Part shown: one piece after another, positions 9,235 through 17,387 of the stretch
Position numbering within the stretch: position 1 is the first letter of the stretch
Layout of the letters: each line of letters begins with the position of its first letter
From: an uncultured Rhodobacteraceae bacterium
GTDB lineage: Bacteria > Pseudomonadota > Alphaproteobacteria > Rhodobacterales > Rhodobacteraceae
Assembly: GCA_938049225.1 (NCBI GenBank)
Contig: CALICM010000045.1
Location: 33,114 to 97,113, forward strand
Length of the DNA: 64,000 bases
Direction: 5' to 3'
The notes under the pieces: generated by a model
The model's input: only the letters and a program-made list of their open reading frames with translations
Databases searched by the model: none
What the model was told of the DNA's origin: nothing
Program-made: the position numbers and the translations under genes

Positions 9235-9533
9235 TGGAACGCGTCGCGTGCCGAACCCCTGCCGAAGGACGGAGCGGGGTGACCAATATCCCCGCCTGGA
9301 AATTCGAGGCAGTGCGCCGCGCGATTTTAGATGAGCTGGCAACAGGGGATCTGCTGAACAAAGACCTGCGCGACAGGGTCGGTGCGCGCCTGAGGGCCGA
9401 GGATCTGGCCAACCTTGGCAAGCTTGGGTGGCATGTTGTCACCGTGAAGCTCGAACTGGAAGTGCGGGGCGAGGTTGTGCGAGTGCCCGGCGCGTCGCCG
9501 CTGCGGCTGACCCTGGGGCAGATCAGGGATTAG
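9234..9533 (+). CDS. Hypothetical protein (99 aa)
   Basis: TAATG overlap with the LivF-like stop. No motif recognised. Confidence 0.45.
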   Translation: MERVACRTPAEGRSGVTNIPAWKFEAVRRAILDELATGDLLNKDLRDRVGARLRAEDLANLGKLGWHVVTVKLELEVRGEVVRVPGASPLRLTLGQIRD

Positions 9534-10375
9534 CCTATCGTCGTTCCCTCTGGAATTTGCCCTGCCAGGCGTTCGACCAACGCCGCGGGGGCCGCCACAC
9601 CGCCGAAATGCCCATCCCGCGTCCGATCACACAATCGGATCGCCTGGTTCTGGAAATATCCGGCCTCCCGGTAGCCCGCAAAACCCGCATCCAGCATTTG
9701 CCCCGCGCGCTGTGCCAAAGGGAAGGCCGCGCCATGGGCGACGGCCCACTCAAAATCCAAACCTGTTGTTTGCAGCATCAGGTAGAGCGCCAAAAACTCG
9801 TTCGTGGCGAATTCGGTGTAGTTCATTAACTCGTCAAAGACGATCACATCGCCCGGGCGCAAATAGGGTGCAAGGGATTGCAGTACTGTATGCGCCGCAG
9901 AGAAAATATCGCAATCAATATGGATCAGCGCGATCCGAGGGCGCTTGCCTTGCCATTGCGCGACGAACGGCGGCACCGTCTCGGCGAAATACCCCGGCTG
10001 CAGCGTGACGTTCCCAGGCACTTCGGGCAGTGCGGCGACGGAGAAATCCTGGGTCCAATCCGTGCGGCCATCCTCGGGGAAGCCTTGGAAACTGTCGAAG
10101 CCGTGGATCTGTGCCTGGGGTCGTCGCTGTGCCAAATGGCGCAGACTGTTGCCTTGAAACACCCCGAACTCCAGGATGATGCCGTCAGGCGCCGACGATT
10201 GTGCCAATGCCGCATCCAACACCGCTTTCCAAGGCTTGCCGGTCTTGCCGCGCCGTCCCGACCAAGGCCAACGGCGCGGCAGGGGTGTCTGCGCTTGCGC
10301 AAAGCTGTCATGCGCGGCACACAGGAAAGCGGCATAGTCGGCCACGACGCGTTGGTGATCTGCAGCTTGGATCAT
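9530..10375 (-). CDS. Class I SAM-dependent methyltransferase (TylF/MycF-like fold)
   Basis: Motif I-like ILEFGVFQGNS, and IALIHIDCDIFSAAHTVL ... GDVIVFDE, typical of the Methyltransf_24/TylF type. Confidence 0.6.
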   Translation of the reverse strand: MIQAADHQRVVADYAAFLCAAHDSFAQAQTPLPRRWPWSGRRGKTGKPWKAVLDAALAQSSAPDGIILEFGVFQGNSLRHLAQRRPQAQIHGFDSFQGFPEDGRTDWTQDFSVAALPEVPGNVTLQPGYFAETVPPFVAQWQGKRPRIALIHIDCDIFSAAHTVLQSLAPYLRPGDVIVFDELMNYTEFATNEFLALYLMLQTTGLDFEWAVAHGAAFPLAQRAGQMLDAGFAGYREAGYFQNQAIRLCDRTRDGHFGGVAAPAALVERLAGQIPEGTTIG

Positions 10376-10443
10376 CGGCGGAACTTTGCATAAGTCCTAA
10401 GGGATTGCCAGATTACGCAGACGCCGCGCACCGGAGGATATGG

Positions 10444-11640
10444 ATGACCTACTACGACACCCTCGAGACCCGAAGCGCAGACGCTCGCGCCGCGGATCAA
10501 ACCGCCCAACTGCTGGCTCAGATCGACCGCGTTGCGGCGGTGCCCGACAGTTGCCTGGCCCCGGTGAAAGAGGTCAAAACCCTGGACGACCTGCGCCACA
10601 TCCCCGTCCTGCGTAAATCCCAGCTTGCGACCTGGCAGGCCGAAACGCCCCCGTTCGGTGGCGTTCATGTCGGCGAGATCACCCATGTTTTCCAATCCCC
10701 CGGCCCAATCTATGAGCCTGGCGGGACCAGCCACGACTGGTGGCGCTTTGGTCGTTTTCTGCATGCCTGTGGCATCGGCGCGGGGGATTTGGTGCAAAAC
10801 TGTTTCGGCTATCACCTGACCCCAGCCGGCACGATGTTTGAAAACGGTGCGCGCGCCGTCGGCGCCCGGATCTTGCCCGCTGGAACCGGCCAGACCGAAC
10901 TGCAGGCCCGCGCCGCCCATGATGTCGGCGCGACCGCCTATGCAGGGACGCCGGACTATCTTAATGTGATCCTTGAGAAGGCCGACGAGATGGGCCTGTC
11001 CCTGAACATCACCAAGGCCGCCGTTTCGGGTGGCGCACTCTTCCCCAGCCTGCGTCAGGCCTATGCCGACCGTGGCATCGCTTGCCTGCAGTGCTACGCG
11101 ACCGCCGATCTGGGCCATATCGCCTATGAAAGCCCGGCGATGGAGGGGATGATCGTCGACGAGGGCGTCATCGTCGAGATCGTCCGTCCCGGCACCGGCG
11201 ATCCCGTGCCCGTGGGCGAGGTGGGCGAAGTGGTGGTGACCACGCTCAACCCCGACTACCCGCTGATCCGCTTTGCGACCGGTGACCTTTCAGCGGTTCT
11301 GCCGGGCACCTCCCCCTGCGGGCGCACCAATATGCGGATCAAAGGCTGGATGGGCCGCGCTGACCAGACGACCAAGGTCAAAGGCATGTTCATCCGCCCC
11401 GAACAGGTCGCCCAACTCGCCGCGCGCCACCCTGAGGTGGTGCGGTTTCGCCTGACCGTCACCCGCGCTGGCGAGGCGGACGTCCTGACCGTCCAAGTCG
11501 AAGCCACCGATGCGGATGCCGCGGCCATTACCGCCAGCTTGCCAGATGTCCTGAAACTGCGCGGCACGGTGGAGCTTGTGTCGCCGGGCAGCCTGCCCAA
11601 CGACGGCAAGGTGATCGACGATCAGCGCAGCTACGACTAA
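10444..11640 (+). CDS. Phenylacetate-CoA ligase family (PaaK-like) adenylate-forming enzyme
   Basis: ATG at 10444 (MTYYDTLETRS...) preferred. The ORF-track start at 10201 overlaps the antisense methyltransferase. PaaK-like C-terminal region (TKVKGMFIRPEQV). Confidence 0.8.
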   Translation: MTYYDTLETRSADARAADQTAQLLAQIDRVAAVPDSCLAPVKEVKTLDDLRHIPVLRKSQLATWQAETPPFGGVHVGEITHVFQSPGPIYEPGGTSHDWWRFGRFLHACGIGAGDLVQNCFGYHLTPAGTMFENGARAVGARILPAGTGQTELQARAAHDVGATAYAGTPDYLNVILEKADEMGLSLNITKAAVSGGALFPSLRQAYADRGIACLQCYATADLGHIAYESPAMEGMIVDEGVIVEIVRPGTGDPVPVGEVGEVVVTTLNPDYPLIRFATGDLSAVLPGTSPCGRTNMRIKGWMGRADQTTKVKGMFIRPEQVAQLAARHPEVVRFRLTVTRAGEADVLTVQVEATDADAAAITASLPDVLKLRGTVELVSPGSLPNDGKVIDDQRSYD

Positions 11641-11723
11641 GGGCGCATCGTGACGCCTGCCACGGCGGTTGCACCCTTTGACCTGCTATGCTTGAGTCGC
11701 GCCGAATAATTCTTGGGACATCC

Positions 11724-13004
11724 ATGTTTGCCCACCGCCTGCTGACGTTGTTCTTTCTCACTCTTGCCAGCCCTCTGGTCGCCGCCGATGTGGTGCTGAT
11801 CGTCACTGGCGACGAGGCCCTGCCGGGGGCGCTGGGCCATGACAATCTGACCCAACGGTTCCGTGACGCAGGCTATGAAGTCTATGCGGGCGAGGATCTC
11901 AATCGCGCCGATATGACCAAGCTTATCGCCCAGGTTGAGGGCAAATTGGCCGATACGGGGCGTTTAGTGATCCATCTGTCCGGTCCCGTCGCGGCCGAGG
12001 CCGGGTTGTCGGTTTACCTGCCGCGCGATGTCTCGCCCGAAAGCCGGACCGAGGTGCTGACGGGCGGTGTTCCCCTTGCGCTGTTGCTGGAGATGGCCGC
12101 CACACGACCCGGCCAAAGCATGTTGGCGCTGGGCCTGCCACGACTGGCCGACCCGCTGAACCTGAACCTGGACATCCCCCAGGGCGTATTGGTCCTGCGC
12201 GGCCGCCCGCCTGAGGTGCGCGATGTCGTTGTCGACCAAATGCTGCGCGCTGGGCGGACGGTGCCGCAAATCGATGCCGCAGCGGCGGGTGTCCAATTCG
12301 ATGGGCTGATCACCGACTTTTTCCGGCTGGCCGAACCGCCAGATCCGGCGGCGTCTGATGCTGATCCGACCGCAGTGGAAGCACAGTTGAGCGAAGCTGA
12401 TCGTGTGCAGATCCAAACTGACCTCGCCGACCTGGGCTATGGTCCTGGCGATGTGGATGGGGTCTTTGGCAGCGCCACCCGTGGGGCCATTCGGGCGTGG
12501 CAACGGGATAACGGTCAACCGGCGGATGGGGTCCTCTCGAGTGCGCAGATCCGGGATCTGGCCGACGCCGCCACGGCCGAGCGCGCCGCTCGTGCCGCCG
12601 CCAGCAGCGCCGAGCAAGCCGAGCGCGAGGCCTGGGACCTGGCCCGCACCACAGACACGCTGCGCGCTTATCGCGACTTTTTGGTGGCCTATCCCGAGGG
12701 CCGGTTTACCGCCCGCGCGCAAGATCGTGTGGACACGCTCGAGGCGGCCAGTGAAACCGCGCAGCGCATTCGGGGTTATCGCCAGCAAGAGCAAAACCTG
12801 GGCCTGACCGTCGCGAGTGTCGCGGTCATTGAACGCCGTCTCGATGCGCTTGGCCTGGCGGCGGGGCCGCCGGACGGCCGGGTCGACCGGCAAACCCGGC
12901 GGGCCATCGCCACATTTCAAGCGCAGCGCGGCTTGACGCCGACAGGGTATTTGGACCCCGCGACAATCCAACGTCTGATCCTGGCGGGCGCCGAGGCTCA
13001 GTAA
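11724..13004 (+). CDS. Exported protein with two peptidoglycan-binding (PG_binding_1-like) repeats
   Basis: Signal peptide MFAHRLLTLFFLTLASPLVAA. Two repeats: LADLGYGPGDVDGVFGSATRGAIRAWQ and LDALGLAAGPPDGRVDRQTRRAIATFQ. Confidence 0.75.
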   Translation: MFAHRLLTLFFLTLASPLVAADVVLIVTGDEALPGALGHDNLTQRFRDAGYEVYAGEDLNRADMTKLIAQVEGKLADTGRLVIHLSGPVAAEAGLSVYLPRDVSPESRTEVLTGGVPLALLLEMAATRPGQSMLALGLPRLADPLNLNLDIPQGVLVLRGRPPEVRDVVVDQMLRAGRTVPQIDAAAAGVQFDGLITDFFRLAEPPDPAASDADPTAVEAQLSEADRVQIQTDLADLGYGPGDVDGVFGSATRGAIRAWQRDNGQPADGVLSSAQIRDLADAATAERAARAAASSAEQAEREAWDLARTTDTLRAYRDFLVAYPEGRFTARAQDRVDTLEAASETAQRIRGYRQQEQNLGLTVASVAVIERRLDALGLAAGPPDGRVDRQTRRAIATFQAQRGLTPTGYLDPATIQRLILAGAEAQ

Positions 13005-13020
13005 GGGTCGGTGCAACAAA

Positions 13021-13047
13021 AAAGGCCACCCCGCAGGATGGCCTTTT
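13021..13047. terminator. Hairpin between convergent genes (possible bidirectional terminator)
   Basis: AAAGGCCA-N10-TGGCCTTT, with an A run upstream and a T run downstream. Confidence 0.5.
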
Positions 13048-13066
13048 CACGACTCTTAAAAGCAGT

Positions 13067-13192
13067 TCAGCCTTGGCGGGCTTTGAACCGGCGCTGGGTC
13101 TTGTTGATCACATAGACCCGCCCCTTGCGGCGCACGACGCGACAATCGCGGTGGCGCTGCTTGAGGGAGCGAAGCGAGTTTCTGACCTTCAT
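13067..13192 (-). CDS. rpmJ: 50S ribosomal protein L36 (bL36)
   Basis: 41 aa: [41 protein letters not shown]. Internal ATG of ORF 13067..13252. Confidence 0.9.
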   Translation of the reverse strand: MKVRNSLRSLKQRHRDCRVVRRKGRVYVINKTQRRFKARQG

Positions 13193-13282
13193 GGCCTCTC
13201 TCCTTGTCTCTCGCGGCGCGCGGCTGGACCTGCGCCTTTGGTTGCATGGCACCCTGTCCGGCTAAGGCCTGGGTGGCGGATA

Positions 13283-13357
13283 TGGTGGGCGTAACTGGGA
13301 TTGAACCAGTGACCCCTTCGATGTCAACGAAGTGCTCTCCCGCTGAGCTATACGCCC
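13283..13357 (-). tRNA. tRNA-Val (anticodon GAC)
   Basis: Hand-folded cloverleaf: acceptor GGGCGTA/TACGCCC, anticodon stem CTTCG/CGAAG with loop TTGACAT, T-arm ACTGG-TTCAATC-CCAGT, encoded CCA. Confidence 0.95.
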
Positions 13358-13398
13358 GAAACACGCCGCGCGAGGCCATAACCTCGCGTGAGCCGCCC

Positions 13399-13426
13399 GT
13401 ATAAAACGTTGTGTTCGAGGGTTCAA
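13399..13426 (-). promoter_or_regulatory. Possible sigma70-type promoter for tRNA-Val
   Basis: TTGAAC-16 nt-TTATAC on the minus strand, about 40 nt upstream of the tRNA 5' end. Confidence 0.3.
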
Positions 13427-13447
13427 GACCTTTTGCCCTAGGGTGCG

Positions 13448-14344
13448 TTGCGCTACATTGTCAGCGGAGGGACGGAGCATGCGACCGTGACTAAGGCCTA
13501 TTCGATCTATCATCCGACGGAATGGACATCGCCTGCGGTGTTCAGTTCACCCCATTCCGGATCGCGCTATCCGGCTGATTTTTTGGCCACGGCGGCGCTG
13601 GATGCCATGACCATTCGGTCGTCCGAAGACGCCTTCGTGGATGACCTCTTTTCGTTTGCTCCGCAGCATGGCGCGCCTCTGATCGCAGCCCATTTGCCCA
13701 GGGCCTATGTTGATCTGAACCGTGCGCCCGACGAATTGGATCCTGCCCTGATCGCCGGGGCGCAAAGGCATGGGGCCAATCCGCGGGTCTCGGCGGGTCT
13801 GGGTGTCATTCCCCGTGTGGTGGCCGAGGGGCGACCGATTCGCTCTGGTAAAATCTCGCAGCGCGAGGCACTCAAACGTTTACGTGTCGCCTATCACCCT
13901 TATCACGATGAGCTTGAGTCTCTGCTGGCCCGGCAACGCAATGCTTTTGGGACTGCCGTTTTGTTCGATTGCCATTCGATGCCGCATGATGCTTTGGCCT
14001 CGGCCCCCCGTGTGCGGGGGAAAAGACCTGATATTATCCTCGGCGACCGTTTTGGCGCCGCTTGCGCGCGCTGGGTGATCGATGCTGCGACCTGTCTGTT
14101 CACCGACGCCGGCTTTGTGGTCGCACGCAATGCACCCTTTGCTGGCGGCTATATCACCCAACACTACGGCCGCCCGTCGCGCGGCGTTCATGCCCTGCAG
14201 ATCGAGGTGGATCGCCGTCTTTATATGGACGAACGGGCGATGACGCGCCGCCCCGATTTCGCTGACATTGCGCAACGGCTTGAGCCAGTGATCGCCGGTT
14301 TGGCGCATTTGGGCGGTGCGGCGATGCCAATGGCCGCAGAATAA
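13448..14344 (+). CDS. N-formylglutamate amidohydrolase family protein
   Basis: FGase-family features (FSSPHSGSRYP, YVDLNR, FDCHSMP). Start uncertain: TTG at 13448 or GTG at 13487. Confidence 0.8.
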   Translation: MRYIVSGGTEHATVTKAYSIYHPTEWTSPAVFSSPHSGSRYPADFLATAALDAMTIRSSEDAFVDDLFSFAPQHGAPLIAAHLPRAYVDLNRAPDELDPALIAGAQRHGANPRVSAGLGVIPRVVAEGRPIRSGKISQREALKRLRVAYHPYHDELESLLARQRNAFGTAVLFDCHSMPHDALASAPRVRGKRPDIILGDRFGAACARWVIDAATCLFTDAGFVVARNAPFAGGYITQHYGRPSRGVHALQIEVDRRLYMDERAMTRRPDFADIAQRLEPVIAGLAHLGGAAMPMAAE

Positions 14345-14367
14345 CGGCTGCGTCACGCCTCCACCCC

Positions 14368-14397
14368 AAAAAAAAGGGTCGCGACACGTCGCGACCC
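14368..14397 (-). terminator. Rho-independent terminator (minus strand)
   Basis: GGGTCGCGA-CGTG-TCGCGACCC gives a 9-bp GC stem, followed by T8 on the minus strand. Confidence 0.8.
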
Positions 14398-14447
14398 AAG
14401 TCTAGGGAGGAAACGCCCGGAAGGGCGTATGATGCAGCGCATCAATA
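14368..14447 (-). ncRNA. Candidate trans-acting sRNA (about 80 nt) with a CCUCCC single-stranded seed
   Basis: Minus strand: TTGACT-16 nt-TAAATA promoter (14454..14481). Then hairpins TGATGC/GCATCA and ACGCCC-TTCC-GGGCGT, the unpaired stretch UUCCUCCCUAGACUU, then the terminator. 5' end is estimated only. Confidence 0.4.
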
Positions 14448-14638
14448 AGTTAGTATTTATGCCGCGCCGCAACATAGTCAATGCGACATGCGGATAACCG
14501 CCTAGCTTACCTAACGTCATGCCTATGAAATGGGCGCGCCCGAGAGGATGCCTATTTTTTGGTCGAAATTGGTTTAAGCAAGGCTCTTGCCCCAACTTGG
14601 GCTGCCCTCGGTGGCATTTGACGCCGCAAGCGCGCGGG

Positions 14639-15892
14639 TTAACTCAAAGCCCGTCCTTTGACGATCGCCTCAGCCCCAAACCGCTCCCGAATGATGTCCG
14701 TCGCACGTTCGGCCTCGGTCCGGCGGGCGGCATTTGGGTCCAGAAGGTCCGTGGTGAGATCGGCATGGGAGCCGGGGGTCAAGCGCCCCAATCCGACACC
14801 GATCAAGCGGAAAGGCCCTTCGCCCAGGGCCTTTGTGAGAAGCGGACTTGCGGTCCTGTGCAGCACATCGGCCAACTGGGTGGGCTGTTCCAGGGTCATA
14901 CTACGGGTCAGCAATCGGTGATCGGCGCGCTTTAATTTCAAAGTGATAACTTGCCCGGCCAGATCCTTGGCTTTTGCGCGGGCCGACACCTTTTCGGCCA
15001 GCCGCCAAAGATGGCCGTCCAACAGGTCTGGGTCGGTGGTGTCCTCGCGAAACGTCGTCTCGTGCGAGATCGACTTCATCTTTGATCTGCTCGAGACCTG
15101 GCGCGCGTCTTGTCCCCAAGCCAGCCGCCAGATGTGGTCGCCCATCGCGCCATAGCGATCCGCCATAGCCTTGCGGTCGCGGCGGCGGACATCGGCGATG
15201 GTGCGGATCCCGTCGCGCGCCAGGGTTTGGCGGGCGGCCTGGCCGACGCCCCAGATCACACTGACGGATTGGCGTGCCAGGAAATCCAGCGCCTCGGCCT
15301 GGCCGATCACCGAGAATCCCCGGGGTTTCTCCAGGTCGCTGGCGATTTTGGCCAGGAATTTGTTGTGCGACAGGCCCACCGACGCGGTGACGCCCAACTC
15401 AGCCTCAATCCGGGCGGTCAGGCGGGCCATCAGGATTGCGGGGGCAGCCCCGTGCAGGCGCTCGGTCCCGGTCAGATCGAGGAAGGCCTCGTCGAGAGAG
15501 AGGGGCTCGATGATTGGGGTCAGATCCTCCATCAAGCTGCGGATCTGGCGGGAAACTTGGACGTATTTCTCCATATTTGGGCGGACCACGGCAGCGTCGG
15601 GGCAAAGGGCCAGAGCCTTGAACATGGGCATGGCCGAGCGAACGCCGCGGATCCGGGCGATATAGCAAGCGGTCGAGACAACGCCCCGTCGGCCGCCGCC
15701 GATGATCACAGGTCGATCTGCCAGACTTGGATCGTCGCGTTTCTCGACCGTGGCATAAAAGGCGTCACAATCGATGTGGGCGATGGAAAGTTGCGTTAGC
15801 TCGGCATGGGCCAGCGTTCGCGGCGAGCCACAGGCGGGACAACGGCCTGGTGCTTGGCCAAGGTGGAGGCAATCGCGGCAAAGGATCTGCAT
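14639..15892 (-). CDS. dinB: DNA polymerase IV with N-terminal CxxC...CxxC zinc-ribbon-like extension
   Basis: Y-family polymerase motifs (IAHIDCDAFYATVEKRDDP, SLDEAFLDLTG). ATG at 15892 (MQILCRDC...) preferred over the ORF-track start at 15931. Confidence 0.9.
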   Translation of the reverse strand: MQILCRDCLHLGQAPGRCPACGSPRTLAHAELTQLSIAHIDCDAFYATVEKRDDPSLADRPVIIGGGRRGVVSTACYIARIRGVRSAMPMFKALALCPDAAVVRPNMEKYVQVSRQIRSLMEDLTPIIEPLSLDEAFLDLTGTERLHGAAPAILMARLTARIEAELGVTASVGLSHNKFLAKIASDLEKPRGFSVIGQAEALDFLARQSVSVIWGVGQAARQTLARDGIRTIADVRRRDRKAMADRYGAMGDHIWRLAWGQDARQVSSRSKMKSISHETTFREDTTDPDLLDGHLWRLAEKVSARAKAKDLAGQVITLKLKRADHRLLTRSMTLEQPTQLADVLHRTASPLLTKALGEGPFRLIGVGLGRLTPGSHADLTTDLLDPNAARRTEAERATDIIRERFGAEAIVKGRALS

Positions 15893-16065
15893 GATTGCAG
15901 TATACTGCGGTGTTGGCGGCGGTAAAACCATGGGGTTTCATCGTGAAACCATGTGCAGGATTTTGGAGCAATTGTTAGAAAATTTCGTGTAGCTTATTTC
16001 TGAGCCTATAGGGCATCGATCACACGCATTTCGCCGTTGGCTCGAAAACCCAAAGTGCGTGAACC

Positions 16066-16275
16066 TTAAGACGAAAGAGCGGTCGTACTGCCCGTCTCGT
16101 TCGAACTCACTGGTTGATGGGTCGGTGCCAGACTGCCTTGCGCCGGGCGCAGGCTGGCTTTGCGGGCCTCGATGGCGCGCAGGGCGATGTCGATATCGGC
16201 CAGCTCCTCGCGCAGTTCAGCAATTTTTGCCTCGACTGTTTTGCGTTGTGTTCTCAACATTTCAACCACACCCAT
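16066..16275 (-). CDS. Hypothetical small coiled-coil protein
   Basis: 69-aa ORF (KIAELREELADIDIALRAIEARK), same strand as and upstream of dinB. No family recognised. Confidence 0.35.
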   Translation of the reverse strand: MGVVEMLRTQRKTVEAKIAELREELADIDIALRAIEARKASLRPAQGSLAPTHQPVSSNETGSTTALSS

Positions 16276-16676
16276 AGTCTCGACCCCTCAACCCGTAATA
16301 TCGTCATCCCACGATCCTCCGATAACACAGTTGTTTACCATTGTGGCAATTTATTGCGGCTTTCACGGCGCATTTGCGGCGTTTTTTTTGTTTCTGCCCA
16401 ATAGCTTGGCAGAAGTGTGGTTAACGCAAGGTTAAGCGGGCCCGAAACACAGCCATCAGAGCCCCGCATTTCTTTCCACCCGCTCAAGCGGCGTCATCAT
16501 CATGCATCCTCAAAACAGGGCCTCCACAGGGAGATTGACAAGCCCCGCACAAAGAGGATCACCGAAATTGGTTGCGCTGCCATATTGTTTCGTCAGGGAC
16601 TTTGCCATGCAGGGTGGGTCGGGCTTGCCATGATACTTCTGACGGAAGGCCAAATGTTTCACAGGGGGGGCTCACA

Positions 16677-17018
16677 GTGACACAGCATCCGAGAAAGAAA
16701 GCTCAGGACTTCGACCAACGCATTCTGGAAATTTTCTGATGGCTATGTGCATGGCAAGATGTCCAAACGGGATTTCGTTGCCAGCGCTGGAAAATACGCG
16801 ACAGTGGGCGTGACGGGGGCGATGCTCCTTGAGCAGTTGCAGCCGAATTAGGCGCAGGCGCAACAGGTCGCGCCGGATGATCCGAATACTGTAACGGAAG
16901 TGATCGAATACACCAGCCCCCAGGGGCATGGCGCCATCACGGTTTTATGGCCAAACCCGCGTCCGCGACGGGCAAGCTGCCCGCGGTTTTGGTGATCCAC
17001 GAGAAGCGGGGCCTGAAC
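16677..17018 (+). pseudogene. Dienelactone hydrolase family pseudogene (5' part only, multiply disrupted)
   Basis: Reads (V)TQHPRKKAQDFDQRILEIF, then a +1 shift at about 16737. Continues DGYVHGKMSKRDFVASAGKYATVGVTGAMLLEQLQPN, then an in-frame TAG at 16849. Continues ...[11 protein letters not shown], a -1 shift near 16940, then [23 protein letters not shown]. Similarity stops near 17018. Confidence 0.75.
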
Positions 17019-17237
17019 GGCCCTCGTGCAAAAAAGTGTTTGCATCGATGTTCACGACCGCTTTTTACCTGTGGGCTCTCAATACTCTTGCTGGAGTGGG
17101 GGGTTTTTCGAGTTCACTGCCGTGTGGCGACATGAGTTTGTTCATCATTTCGGGTCCGAGGCTGACGGCGCGTTCGATCAGGCGGACTTCTCCCCTGATC
17201 CCATCCTGAAGCTGGAAGGCCTTAGTCTGTTTCTTCT

Positions 17238-17336
17238 CTAGCCCCGCACGTCCGCCGCTATCGCTTCTTGCGCAGCGCGATCCAGCCAGCCTTTGTAAAG
17301 TTGAAAACCAACGACCTCGATCACCGTGCTAGACAT
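17238..17336 (-). pseudogene. AlkB (2OG/Fe(II) dioxygenase) N-terminal remnant, 32 codons
   Basis: MSSTVIEVVGFQLYKGWLDRAAQEAIAADVRG* matches the conserved AlkB N-terminus (G..L..G.LDR.AQEAL..D.R). No continuation in any frame. Confidence 0.55.
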
Positions 17337-17387
17337 TCCCCGCTCCCGCCCCCAAGTCTGACCCAAACACCCAATAGGACGACTTTC

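Noticed and set aside
10201-10443. N-terminal 81-codon extension of the PaaK-like ligase ORF
   Set aside because: It overlaps the antisense methyltransferase gene. Homologous ligases begin near MTYYDTLE, and the extension is Arg/Ala/Ser-rich noise.
13056-13513. ORFs 13056..13379, 13073..13294, 13204..13404 and 13262..13513 overlapping rpmJ and tRNA-Val
   Set aside because: They overlap a clear tRNA and the L36 gene, and there is no coding evidence.
14429-14497. 22-codon plus-strand ORF (MMQRINKLVFMPRRNIVNATCG) downstream of GGGAGG
   Set aside because: The SD-like sequence is 18 nt from the ATG, which is too far. The same DNA is better explained by the minus-strand promoter-hairpin-terminator unit.
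15893-16066. LexA (SOS) box upstream of dinB; a similar search was made upstream of uvrB (44203..44534)
   Set aside because: No GTTC-N7-GTTC or GAAC-N7-GAAC repeat was found by eye. Only near-misses such as GAACCTTAAGACGAA were seen. A matrix scan would be needed to be definitive.
17019-17237. Attempt to assign the 220 bp between the two gene remnants (minus-frame LEKKQTKAFQLQDGIRGEVRLIERAVSLGPEMMNKL...) to a toxin (ParE/RelE-like) or transposase fragment
   Set aside because: No convincing motif was found in any frame, so it is left unassigned.
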